From positions 5,619,888 through 5,683,887 of the forward strand of contig NC_092676.1 of NCBI RefSeq assembly GCF_964355755.1: DNA of 64,000 nt, read 5' to 3'. The DNA comes from Antedon mediterranea (Eukaryota; Animalia; Echinodermata). The notes beneath the pieces are model-generated. The model saw only the letters and a list, made by a program, of their open reading frames with translations, had not been told where the DNA came from and searched no databases. Numbering within the stretch: the first letter of the stretch is position 1; each line of letters begins with the position of its first letter. Made by a program: the position numbers and the translations under genes. Below, piece by piece: positions 28,481 through 40,722 of this stretch.

Positions 28481-29999
28481 GTATATAATTGGCATGTTAA
28501 CGTTATTGATAAAAAAAAAATATTATATTTAAGTGAATTGACTGATGAACAAACATATAAATTAGAATTACAATATGAATGGAATTGTGGTTGGTAGTTA
28601 AGCTGGTATAGATTAACAAGAAAAACAACCCTGGTCTTCCAAACCTTTCGAGTTGATATCAATGTATTGTTTATCAGGCAAAAATATTCCATGGGGTTTA
28701 GATATGGTTTGCTAACCTTGACAATTTTGTATCAATTACTATACAGGAATTCTATTATGCGGCTCAAACAATACTCTACAGTTATATTTTGTTGTATAGT
28801 TTATAACGAGTTTAAATCTTTCTTTTATCCATTGCAATGTTAAATATTCCAAAGGGTCAATGGATCCACGCATTGCGTAGTATAGTAGTAGTAAACTTGC
28901 GGTCCACGCCCACTATCTGATAGTGTGCCAATCTGATAGTTTCGTTTCTTTGATTCATTTTATCGACTGAGATCTGTCGCACTTGTAGGGCTGGTTGCCG
29001 GAGCTATTGGACGTAACTTTTCGCAAATCAAAGGTAGGCCCTAAACTTAATTAAGTTAAGCAAAATGATTACCTTGCGTTAGGTATATAAATGCTTAATT
29101 TAAGTATCCACTTCATATGCAGTGTTATATACGTCAATAAGAAAAATCCAACGGTGCTGCAATACCAAAATGAAAATAGGGCGTTACCCGGTGGTGTTTT
29201 GGATTCTGATTTCAGATATGATTTGTAATTGTTTGTGGAAACATAATTAAGCTATGGATAAATAAATTGTATCTTATAATTCAATCAATTTCTAGTTATA
29301 GCTATTGGGCCTATTATTTCTGTGTAGTTTCTCATCGAACTTGGTTTAAACAGTTTTGAATAAGAGAATCACATTAAAGATGTTGAACATAAAAATTTTG
29401 TTTAAACCCGACATGCTTAGATCTCATGATTTACATTAGTTAGTGCTTTGACATTAATGATATGCATGTTGGTCCGTCACAGTTTTGCTGTTTAGTGGGT
29501 TATTTTCTGTGGGATGTGGGGACGCTGACGTCATAGTGTGGGGCGCTGACGTCATTTTTTTTGGGACGTGAGTTTCACAAGTAGACATACAGGTCGTCTC
29601 GATTTTTAAAAATGGCTAATTCGAATAATGCTGTGTTTTCGAAAGGTCTATTTGGCTCCAATGCAAATATATTTGTTTTCACCACCTATGGTGATGAACT
29701 TTGCGGAACTAATTTACTTTTCTTACCGTCTGCACCCACACAGACTATTACGTGCCCAGATCGCTTATGTTTCTGATTTACATAACATTGATGTCATTTT
29801 AAAGACCTATTATTTGTCAAATAAATCAATGAAATGTATGGAACGCTATTTGCAATTTTTACTAATATAGAGTCCTAATGGGCCCAAATAATCAGGTTTT
29901 TCCGATTCAGATTTAATTTTCAGGATGCATAAGCGCTTATAACCAAGCATTTATCAGTGTCATTTCATTCGTAGTAAGGGTGTGTGTGTGTGTGTGTAA

Positions 30000-30294
30000 G
30001 TGTTGGACGTTGGACTAGCCTACTGATCGGGAGATCGTGGTTCGAATCCAACTCTGCATCCGCATTGCTTGTATCCTTAGGCAAGATACTTTACTTACGT
30101 TTGTCTCTCTCCACCCAGGTCTATGGGTACCCGGTTAGATCAAGACACACCCTTGCGCTGATTACTTGCTGCAATATGGGAGTATGTTTCCAGTGACGTG
30201 TTTGATTAAAAAATGACCGATGTAATAATGTTCAGCGCTTAGAGGTTTCACAACATTAGGCGCTATATAAATCCAGGATATTATTATTATTATT
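30000..30294 (+). mobile_element. tRNA-derived SINE with a CORE-like centre and an L2-type 3' tail, preceded by (GT)n
   Basis: B box GGTTCGAATCC (~30039); CCTTAGGCAAGATACTTT...CTCTCTCCACCCAGGT...ATGGGTACC; tail CAGCGCTTAGAG...GGCGCTATATAAAT..(TTA)n. Confidence 0.8.
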
Positions 30295-30712
30295 TAACGA
30301 AATGCAATTTGATTATTAATATAGTAAAGAGGTTGCCTAATTAATTAGGGCGTTCCATAGATCATACATGGATACTTATTGTAATTAATATTATATATGT
30401 AATATACAATTATAGCAATATTATTTCGACGACTCTAGCTCGCAGTATGAAGGCCTATTGACAGTTGATACAGTATTTGTTTAGTGACATTTACTCAGTT
30501 AGCCTATTCCTATACAATATGCCTAACATTAAATTTACACAGAGGAGCGGTAACGGTAATACAAATATAGAATCTATGTTATTCATTATGACCATTTACA
30601 CACAACGCTCAGTGGATGGGCGGTTTCAGCTCAAGATAGATATAGATTCTACGTGGGAAAAGCCTCATCCACTATACCGTTACCGCATCGTCTGTATGTA
30701 AATTGGCCTTAA

Positions 30713-30870
30713 AGGGTTGCTCCAGCAATTCATTCAAATCGCCAAAATCTTGCAACTACCCCACTTATTTATCGACAGCGGTAAAATAGAACGAGTGTCT
30801 TGAAAAAATGGTGCTACAAGATTTTGTTTGTTGTAGTGTTCTTGCTTTATTTTTCCAGGAGCTATATCCT
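30713..30870. mobile_element. Short Kolobok-like MITE
   Basis: TTAA|AGGGTTGCTCC...GGAGCTATATCCT|TTAA, imperfect TIR. Confidence 0.5.
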
Positions 30871-31257
30871 TTAAGCTATTAAATTACGGCAGAGATTAGA
30901 GTTTGTTTTGATCGACCGTCTGCGAGAAGGACCATGTGTTGTCAATAATGTCACAATTTCAGAATTGAAATTATATTACCAACCCCAGATTGCACCAACC
31001 ATATCGTATCTCGTTCCATCATAATGCACTGCGGTCGCGCGTATTTACTTTGGCCTTTTAATTACCATGGCAACAATCGATGCAAGTTTTAAATTACATT
31101 CAGTAATTAAATAATAATCATACCCAAAATTACACATCAACATTTTCTTGGTCATTCGCATATTAATTGATGCACAATAATTTATATATTGCCTTTTTTG
31201 TTGAATTTTGTAATAAATATTATGATATATCGATATGGGAAGAAAACTGTCTTTATA

Positions 31258-31869
31258 CCCTGTTAGGTACCGCATTGTTTTTAAAATATTACTCTTTGTT
31301 TTTAAGTCTATAAATGGCATGGCTCCTGAGTATATTTCTGACATGCTTAGGCGGTATGTTCCCGGACGTAATCTGCGTTCTAGTGACTCGCTGCTTCTAC
31401 ATCAGCCTAAGTCTCACCACTCATGGGGTGACAGAGCATTCTCCGTTACTGCTCCTCGTCTGTGGAATGCCCTACCGAGCTCTATAAGATTTTGCAAAAC
31501 TGTTGATACTTTTAAAAAATTATTAAAAACACATTTATTCATTAAGGCATATGGAAATCATGAGGTTTCTTAAAGTTTTTTAGACTTAGAATTGTTTTGT
31601 ATACCTTTTCCTGGCCAGCATTATCTTTGGGGTGCCTCTGTCTTGGTTGTTGTCTCTGAGCACCCGGTCGTCTGTGGCAAGGCAAATGTTTTATCCTGCT
31701 CCTTTGTTTGGTCACCTAGGTAGGGGTCCGGGACCGCGACAGAACGACAACGGATGGGGACCCTCCAAAGAAATTGCATTTTATTTTTCAGGAATTTGTA
31801 TGATTTATTTCTTTTTTATTTTTAAATGCGCCTTGAGCACTCTGGAGTGGTATGTGCGCTATAAAAATC

Positions 31870-31902
<33 letters not shown>
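31258..31902 (+). mobile_element. 5'-truncated L2-group LINE: ORF2 C-terminus (to 31573), 3' UTR and (TTA)n tail
   Basis: PVRYRIVFKILLFVFK...APEYI...RNLRS...GDRAFSVTAPRLWNALP...FKKLLKTHLF is the typical L2/CR1-group ORF2 end; tail GCGCCTTGAG...GCGCTATAAAAATC(TTA)n. Confidence 0.9.
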
Positions 31903-31903
<1 letters not shown>

Positions 31904-32688
31904 GAGTCATAATTTGTTCTTATTTATCATGTTTTTTCCATATAAGGCGTTGTATGTTGGTAATAAATTTGTTATTAATATTATATTTATTATGATTTGC
32001 CTCTTATATTAACCTCAAGATTACTGTATTCAATTGTAATTCAAAATTTGTACTAGTAAAGAAGTCATTATCATTATTTGTATAGAACTTAATTCCTTGG
32101 ATTGACGACGACGAAGGTCATGTGACCACACGTAATCTACGTAATTCCACGCCCACGATTCAACGCGCATCACGGGTTACACTTCCTCCCCCAATTCACT
32201 AATTTTAGGCGTTCTTGCGTAACGAAACAACATAATAGTAACAATGTATAAAGAAAAAAAATCACGTCGATAGAAAGAGAGCCTAATATCGATGTGGTCC
32301 TCATCAAATAGTAAGAAACTGGTTATCTAGAAATTCTGAAAATCTGACGTCATAAGTTCAAAGTTTTTGTTTTCTTGGAATCATACCCAAAATGTTAAAA
32401 TAGGAGTTTTGTAATTATAGGAAAGCACTTAACAGTAAAGGAAAATAACAGATACAACAGTCCTAAAAATGTTAATGAAATATGATTGTAATGAATGATT
32501 AAAAAAACATGTTTAATATTTCAGACTACACTGTCGTAAGGCTAGGCCTAATTGTTAGTCCAGGCATAGGTTACCCCTATTAGAGTAGTTGAGTCAATTT
32601 ATAGACTTAAAGGACAACTAGACCGAGGACCATATTTTTATAACGTATTAAGGATGTACATATGATTTCAGAACCACCGCGAGATTAA

Positions 32689-33569
32689 GGATATCGCCAC
32701 ACGCGCTCGCCGTACAGCCGTCTCCGTAAATTGCTGTGACGTCACAGGTGCATCGCAAAATTTACGTCATGAGTTTTCTGGCAAAAGTCTGGCAAATCGC
32801 GAAATTTTCTAGTAAACACACTTTGTAAATAAATTGTAAAAAAAATAAATGTTGATTTTTTTTTATTGTTTCTTCTGCTTATCTGGACTCATTAAGTCAA
32901 GTTGATTCATTCATCAGTTCTCATCGATTGTTGATAGATCAAAATATCTATGCGCATGCGCACTTCTTTTTATTAGTAAAAACCATGAGAGATTTGTTTA
33001 AAGACGTTCATAGCTATACTGTATAGCTTAAATTGATATTGTTTTTTGTTTGTATTGTTATTGAAAAATAAGAAACTTAAAATCGATATTGGGACTCATT
33101 GAATTGGCGACTATATGTATATTAATGAATCGCTCTAAAGGACAAACCTCACTAATTGCTGTTCAAGTGATTTTTCATTCAACTATTGTTACCGAGAAAA
33201 GAATAGAAATAGACAGTGTAATAAATTATTCTTCTCGTCCAAGGACTTTAAACAACAGTGAGATAGAATAGGCTAATAATAATAGTGTTATATTAAAAAA
33301 TTAGTTCATGACGCCCCTGGGAAATTGAACTTAGGTCCCTGGATCGAAGTGGTCTTCAATGAAATAACTCTTGGGCGCCCAGGCGGATTTAGGATGTTCC
33401 AAAAGAGAGGAGACCGGGCTGCGACGGTACAGACGGCTCGACGGAAAGTGTTTGCACCGTGAAAATATCGCGACCGGGCTTGTGCAGCTGTGGGTCATAG
33501 GATCCCTCAGATACAAATTCTTAGAAACAGTTTCTACGCTTTATTAACCTCAATCCAGCGCACCATATC
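32689..33569. mobile_element. Probable non-autonomous Kolobok-like element
   Basis: TTAA|GGATATCG... and ...CCATATCC|TTAA with GC-rich subtermini; the TIR is short, so the call is tentative. Confidence 0.45.
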
Positions 33570-33799
33570 CTTAAAAATTAATACTTATACCATCTTTGGA
33601 GTTTGTAGCAACGTACATGTGTCTTTTCGCTTCTTGTGACAAATGGTACCATATGGTACTCCAAACATGACTTTTACATAATTAATTATTATAATGCACT
33701 GCATTTTTACGCCTATGATTCTCAGATTGTAATTTTGACTGCCTGGATTTAACGTAGGCCTATCTTATTTATTTTTCAGAAATATATAACAACAACAAA

Positions 33800-36713
33800 A
33801 TGTGTTGTCCATCGTTCGCAAAGGTTTTGCTGATCATATTCAATCTAGTTTTCTTTGTAAGTTTAATTTATCTTTCTTTTTTGTTCAAAATTGTATCTAT
33901 AAATGACGCTTAAATTGAATGTAATTGACACACAGTGACGCGTCGATGATTAGTTTTAATGATTAGGGGTGGGGGCGGGGGTAGGTGGAGTAACACTAAA
34001 GGATCATAGTCAACTTTCTATTGACTATGGGATAACATATTGGCTCAGTGGTGGCGCCAGCGGGGGGCCGGAGGGGGGGCCAGTCCCCCCCCCCCCGTCG
34101 GGGAAAGCTGCCCCCCCCCTCGGGGAGTATTGGCCATATTTGTCGGGGAGAAAAATATGATCATTTCTTTTCTGGTAAAAAATAAAACCATATTAAGTGT
34201 ACTACTATATATTTTAAGTAACTGCGGCATTCCATTTTTGACGTACGTACGATACACTGACAGCGAAGTAATCAGTATGTGGTACAATTGGCTTACTGAT
34301 GTATCGGATGTATGTAGGCAGGTAGCAGGCCAGCCTTTCATAGAGATCCCGTCCGATTTGTGACGTTATAAAAAGTATAGATTTGTATTAAATTTCGCTT
34401 TCTCTTACAGGTGATTGGAATCGTATTACTTTCTGTAGGAATATGGACAGTAACTGATCCTTACAAGCTTGAGATCTTAGACATCTTGGACAATGCAGTC
34501 GTAGCGAATACTGCCTATATTCTAATTGTTCTTGGTGTATTCATCATCATTGTGTCATTCCTCGGCTGCTGTGGTGCCATCAAGAAGAACAAGTGCATGC
34601 TAATAATGGTAAGAAGGTCACCATGGTCCACAATATGATTATAGAAATTATTGTTTTTCTATCAGGTTAAGGCAGAAAATACAGGAGGCGCTATATTTTC
34701 TGTCTATAAATGAATATACATGAACCTCATGGATATGCACGATGCGATGACTTAATTATGTTTGTAGATGAACACGCTCTGCTTGTTTATTATCATCGCC
34801 GTGATGACGACGTCTTATTATGCGCTCTCACTCCACTCCTCTCGTACCGCATACTGTACCATATAAGAACGTTCAATGAACTATTCGTTACAACGTAGAG
34901 AGAGATGGACAAATAAACATCTTCATTTTGAAATGTTAGACTTCAAATAGGCGTCACATTAATGTTACTGTAAACAGTGACCAACAACATTCAAGAAAGT
35001 GAACTAGTTTGTGGATATCTGTAAGCTGCTACTTTTAAACTATATTGCATTTTGTCTCCTTCCGCAGTACTTCATCATTGTCCTGCTCATCTTCTTGGTC
35101 CAGTTCATCGCTTGCTGTATTGCCGTCGCCTATAAAGAGGAGGTTGAAGACTTTGTCAACGATGAATTGTATGACACCATGGCTGATTACAAAGCTCCGT
35201 GGGATGACGATAACAACGTCAATCTAGCATGGAATGGCATCCAGTTTTTGGTAATTTCTATTCCATTGAATGCTTTTTTTAAATGTTGCTGTTACACCTA
35301 CTGTCCACTATACATTCTCTTACTAAGCGTAGAACCTGTGTACCCTAGCAAACTTTATTAATTGTACGGTATTGTTTGAAAACTCGGGGTTTGCTCGAGT
35401 TTGGAAAAATGGATTTTGGTTCTCTGCAGTTTTCCAAAGTTTTTCAATTGGTAAACACTAGGAAACTTTGGAAAACTTGTGTTAACAAACTAGGAGTTTG
35501 CTCGAGTTTAGAAACTAAAGTTTGCTAATGTAGACTAGCATTACTATACTATTAATAGGCATAATATATGATCATTGTCTACGTCTTGATTCTTTCTTTT
35601 TCCATGCCTCTTTTTTCCTTTTCTTTTTCTTTCTTTTATTTCTTATTTATTCTTTCTTTTTTCGAGTTTTTCTTCTTTTAAAAAATGTTGTTTTCTTTAT
35701 TCTTTCTGCTTATTCGTTTTTATTTCCCCTTCTCAATACGTTTATTAAGCATTTTTAAGCATTATTATTAATTATAAACTTTTAATCTACTGTTACTATA
35801 GGCCTAATAATAAACTAATTAATAACTTTTAATTATACTACAAATTGATAAATGAATTCTTTTTTTTCCAGCTTGAATGTTGCGGAACCAACAATTATAG
35901 TGACTGGCAGAATACTCCATATGCCGGTGAAAGTGATACGTATGATGGTATCACCTTGAATTATTATCCTCCATCATGTTGTAAGGTACGTCCCTTTTTT
36001 CCCCTGTTCAGTCAAGGGTAACTAAACTAAACGTAGGCTTGGTGTTTCATTAACACGACAATATTTAGAGAATCAGTAATTTTTTTTCCATAACAAATTT
36101 TTATTTTATATTAAAATAAATTTCATTTCGATATTTTCCTGCTTAGAGACGTAATATAACATCCTACAAAGCGATTAATTTTTTCAAATAATTCAGTGTA
36201 ATTCGTTTTTATCGAGAGATTTAAACCTGTTTGAAGTAATCATTTTTAAAGCGTATTCCCAGTCTACTCCTCAATTCGTGAGCCATTAGATTACTTCTGA
36301 TAGAGGGCTCTATGGCGTTCAATAGAGGGCGCTAATTATTGACCTTTTATTTACCATTGCAGGTTGCAGATCCAACTGATATTCCAAGCGGCCAAGATTT
36401 CCCCGACGTCACTGATCCTACAGGCTGTATTAATAATCCTAGTAAGGACAACATGAATATGGTTGGATGTATTGGCTCGTTTAAAGATTGGGTAGAGGAA
36501 AACGCTCTATACGTCGGTGGTACTGGCTTGGGTCTTGCTTTCCTTGAGGTAAGATAGATTGAACGATTTCAGTGTACATCTCATTGCCTTATAAATCTTC
36601 CTTTTCTGCATCATTGGTACTCACCATTATTTCATTTTATTATATATTCGTAATATATACATAACAAAAAAATTAAATTAAGGAGACCAAGGTCAACCTA
36701 AATCACTGTAGCT

Positions 36714-36745
<32 letters not shown>

Positions 36746-36941
36746 GTCGTCATCGTCATCATCGTCGTCATCGTCATCATCGTCACCATAGTCAATCCCA
36801 CTTTATTCCTGACGTCATCCTTCTCTCTGCCAACCTTTTCATCCTATCTTTATCAATGACTATTTTCTCTTTTTTCTTCAGATCTTTTGCATGGTATTCG
36901 CGATGTGTATCTACTGTGACGCCAGAAAAGAGGAGGCCTAA
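33800..36941 (+). CDS. Tetraspanin, 265 aa; exons 33800-33856, 34411-34608, 35068-35250, 35872-35985, 36363-36548, 36882-36941
   Basis: Four TM segments ([55 protein letters not shown]); large loop with IQFLLECCG, DW, PPSCC and GC (6 Cys); all introns phase 0; AATAAA at 38248. Confidence 0.95.
36718..36789. repeat. (CAT/CGT)n trinucleotide microsatellite, last tetraspanin intron
   Basis: Seen directly. Confidence 0.9.
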
Positions 36942-38343
36942 GGATGGATAACGTTTATTCAATTATTGGTTGGCCTATTATAGGTCTTTGTCTTAATCTT
37001 TACACAAAAAACCCCACTCGTTTTATACCTTTGATGTGAATAATGATTTTATTAAATGTTCATGTTTTAATGGATTGTGTTTACCATTGCCACAAACCTC
37101 ATTCGTCAGTGGAACCACACAATTTCACATGTTGACGCGAATGCGTTCAAACGCGTCGACATGTGTAATTTTGTAAGGCTTGGGAAAACATTCAAGCTTG
37201 TATGATTTTTGGTACTTTCCTAGTCGAGTTTCTTGCCATTCTTACCACAAAAGCAGATGAGTATACCCAGTCAGCAATGTTATGCGCCGTGCAATTTTAA
37301 GCACGTTTTTGCACATAGAAATGATTTGTGTAAGCAGGTGTGTGCGCACTTATGAAGACATAATTGCTCTTCCGTGTGGACATGTTTGTGTTTGCGTTTG
37401 AGCTCATTTTGTTTCGTTATCGTTTCGATTGTAATTTAGCAAAATCTGACATTGTGTGTTAGGATGTTTTTGTGTGTTCTTTTTTATATGGTATGGAAAC
37501 TAGAATTTAGTTTGTAATCTATCAGAATATTGTTATTTAATTTTATATTATTGATAATAATAGGGAGCTTTTGATTTGCGTCAACCTGTGACCTGTGACC
37601 TCATGCTAATTTATTGTGCGTTTGGCAATTTTTGTCATGTCGTTGAACCCAAACGGTCGTCGTGAAAAAAAAAACGAAATCGATTATTTGGACGACAGCT
37701 TGGGAAAAATGACGTATTGCATAATAAATTAAGTCCTGGGTCAAAGGTCATCACATTTTGAAGGCTATCTAATGTTGACAAGTAGTACTATGCCTATGAC
37801 GTTGTTACGAGGACATTATATATTTAAATATTTCATGATCAGTATTCTACATTTATCAATATATTTAGTATGACCTATGACCTATTACATTCATTACTTG
37901 TTAACTATGAAACGCCATAGTTTATCAACAGTTAAATCATACCACTGGTATGCTTGGTACGCTATACGATATTATTTTACTAAAACATCTACTTTAGAAA
38001 AGGTGCGCTTGTTATATTTTAATCCTATTATACTGTATTTTTTGACACTGTGGCCTTCCATAGGATAAAACCACTTTTGATCTTCGCTCATATCGTTGGG
38101 AATTGTTATATTTAGTATTGGGCTAATCGTTAGTTGGTGCTTAATTTGCGACTACATGATATCATTTTTTTACTATGAAAATGTATAGATTTTAATCGTA
38201 TATTTAGCTATTCTATTTTTATCTTTGTATAACGGTGTGAGAGTATAAATAAAAGTAATGCACATTTAGTAAAAACTCGCTTTCTCCTTTAATTGCTTAC
38301 GTAGTCGGCATAAAATAATAATATCCGATTTAAATAGTTCCAG

Positions 38344-38640
38344 CAGTGGCGTAACGGCTATGAACGTTCATTGGCTAAACCCAGGAGCACCGGAGCATAT
38401 GGGGGTCCCTGGGCAGTGCGTGCCCAGAGGAAAAATACAGGCATTGAAATATGTCGAAAAAGGCTCAGGGCGTTTTTAAAATCGTCAAAGTCTCCGTCGG
38501 CATTGAAGGCCAGCTGCAGAGTGGCGTAACGGCTATGAGCGCTCATTTGCTAAAACCCAGGGGCCCGGAGCTGGGAGGGCCGGGCCGGGCCACTTAGGGT
38601 TCCTAAACTAGGTGTCTCAGGCCTCTGCGTTACGCCACTG
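38344..38640. mobile_element. hAT-type MITE with an 8-bp TSD
   Basis: AGTTCCAG|CAGTGGCGTAACG...CGTTACGCCACTG|AGTTCCAG; internal second copy of the left end at ~38517; related ends at ~23350-23388 and ~34045. Confidence 0.9.
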
Positions 38641-39039
38641 AGTTCCAGTATTACTTATGAAGATGATTATAAAACAATACGGTACATTGTAATTATTGAG
38701 ATTTTAGAAAGCTTTTGAACAATAAAACAAAATGTCAAATACAAATCCCAGTGAATATCTACGAAGAAGAAACTTTTAAGTTTAATTATTATAAATAGGC
38801 CAAGATACGATATTAACGAATAATTTAGTAACATCCGTATTTTCTACAAAAATTAGGCCTACAATCAATGTATCTCAATGCAGTTTATTTGCGATTTGAC
38901 CCAGGGTTACAGCGGTTTACCACCTAAGACCAACGACCCTATGACTAAACATTGTCGAAAACTACAGGTGACAAATTAGTATTGTAAGCACGCTGCATAT
39001 AGCACACCCACTATCGAGTGTTGAAATTAACCCTAGCCA

Positions 39040-39825
39040 ATGAATACAATACAATTCAAATTCAATAAACTTTATTGTCAAACTCATGAATGGCTTGAAA
39101 CTTTGGCTGAAAGTACACACATTAAAATTGTCTAAAAACATTGTCGGACAAACAGTAAAAAAGAATAAAATCACATAAAACTGAGAACAAGATGTCATAT
39201 AAAAAGTTAAAAGAGGGCACAAAAAATACAGATTGAGTTAAAAATACAGCTAAGATACTTATTGCGTTTATCTTTTTCACATTACATTAAAATGCCTCAT
39301 AGCAGATGAGAGAAAGGATCTACCTAGGCGTTCAGTGTTCCAGTGAGGATATGTAATACGCCCAGGCCGGCTTAACGTAATGTACTGGTTAAGGGGGTGG
39401 CTAACATCTGACATAATAACTTTAAGTTTATTTGTTAACAACTTCATCTGATTTCTTAATATCGTTTCCTATTATCCTTTTGGCAGATTTACTTATTCTT
39501 TGTACTTTTTTCATGCATTGCTGGTTTAAATTGTTGAACCAAACTATTGCATTAAAAGTTAAAACAGATAAAATAACAGATTCATAAAATAAAGTCAAGA
39601 GCTTATTGCACACATGAAATTTCTTCAATCTTCTCAAAAAGTACAGTCGTTTATAACAATTGTGGTAACTAACTTAGTGTTTTCCTTCCAATTAAGTTTA
39701 TCATCGATTACTGTGCCTAGATACTTAAAGTTACTAACAACTTCTACTTCATCGTTTAATATACATAGCTTATCATGTGTTTTGATACCTTTTCTAAAAT
39801 CAATGATCATTTCTTTAGTCTTGTA
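39040..39825 (-). mobile_element. 5'-truncated, frameshifted Rex1/Babar-type LINE
   Basis: KTKEMIIDFRK...VEVVSNFKYLGTVIDDKLNW and RRLKKFHVCNKLLTLFYESVILSVLTF..VWF match the RT C-terminal region; the minus-strand tail has AATAAA and TTGAA/TTGTA repeats. Confidence 0.88.
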
Positions 39826-40413
39826 CAAGCCACTTATTGGCTGATCACACTAATGGAATGTTCAACAGAGCGGGTTAATTTGAATTACAATAGCTGGCAC
39901 GTGAAGCCAGCTTCTCCTCTCCAAGTATTCGTCATTCATTCTGTAAGTAAGCAGCGGAGGAGGGCGTGAGCTGATAGAGGCTTCAGTTGGTATGTACTAT
40001 TAATACTTTTATCAAATTTGGCAATATAGTTCCCTTTAATACTCCTTATTTGCCCTAAAACATCTTGATAACAATTTACCAAGTCAAATCGTCTAGGCCT
40101 ACGTGGTATAATATTTTGTTTCATAGTTGGTGCAATGCAAAATAATGTCCAGTCTCACACACTGAACACAGGTTGCAAATTCAAGTTTAATTGGCTTAAA
40201 GACATTTTTATACGTGTACATTCTACAAACAGCAGGGCCAAGTGTAGGTCTTTAATAAATTAAGTTTTATTTGGACTATTAGTTCCTTTTTTACTTCCAT
40301 TCAGAAATAATTCTTATGGCCTGAGTAACTATACCTACTGTGAATATCTATTGTCATAATATACAGTATAGATTTGAATTTGTCTTTAGCTTTATCTTGC
40401 TCGATGACCTTAA

Positions 40414-40722
40414 AAATGTATCGTCCCCCCAAAACATGAAAATCAAGATTAATAAAAAAATATTGAATAGGCTATTTTGCAATTTTAATAAAGTTAACTT
40501 CACTTCCGTAAAAAGTTTTCACTTATTAAAAGGCAAAATAAACAATTAATTCAACCAAAAACCCATTGAATTTTGGTCAACCTAACTATTTTTTGTGTCA
40601 TGAAAATAATTTTTTTTTCGATCCAATTTTTGGTAAAAGTGAATAACTATTATGTGACATTAAAATGGAATATTCAACAACAGCATTTTTTTAATTATTT
40701 TTTCATGGTGACAATATACCTT
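40414..40722. mobile_element. Decayed Kolobok-like MITE (AGATGTATTGTCCCC family)
   Basis: ATGTATCGTCCCCCCAAAACATGAAAATCAAGATTAA...GACAATATACCT, homologous to the 7691 and 10358 copies. Confidence 0.7.

Noticed and set aside
30030-30060. GGTTCGAATCC (and GGTTCGAGACC at ~61919) as tRNA genes
   Set aside because: No complete cloverleaf; both continue into SINE body sequence.
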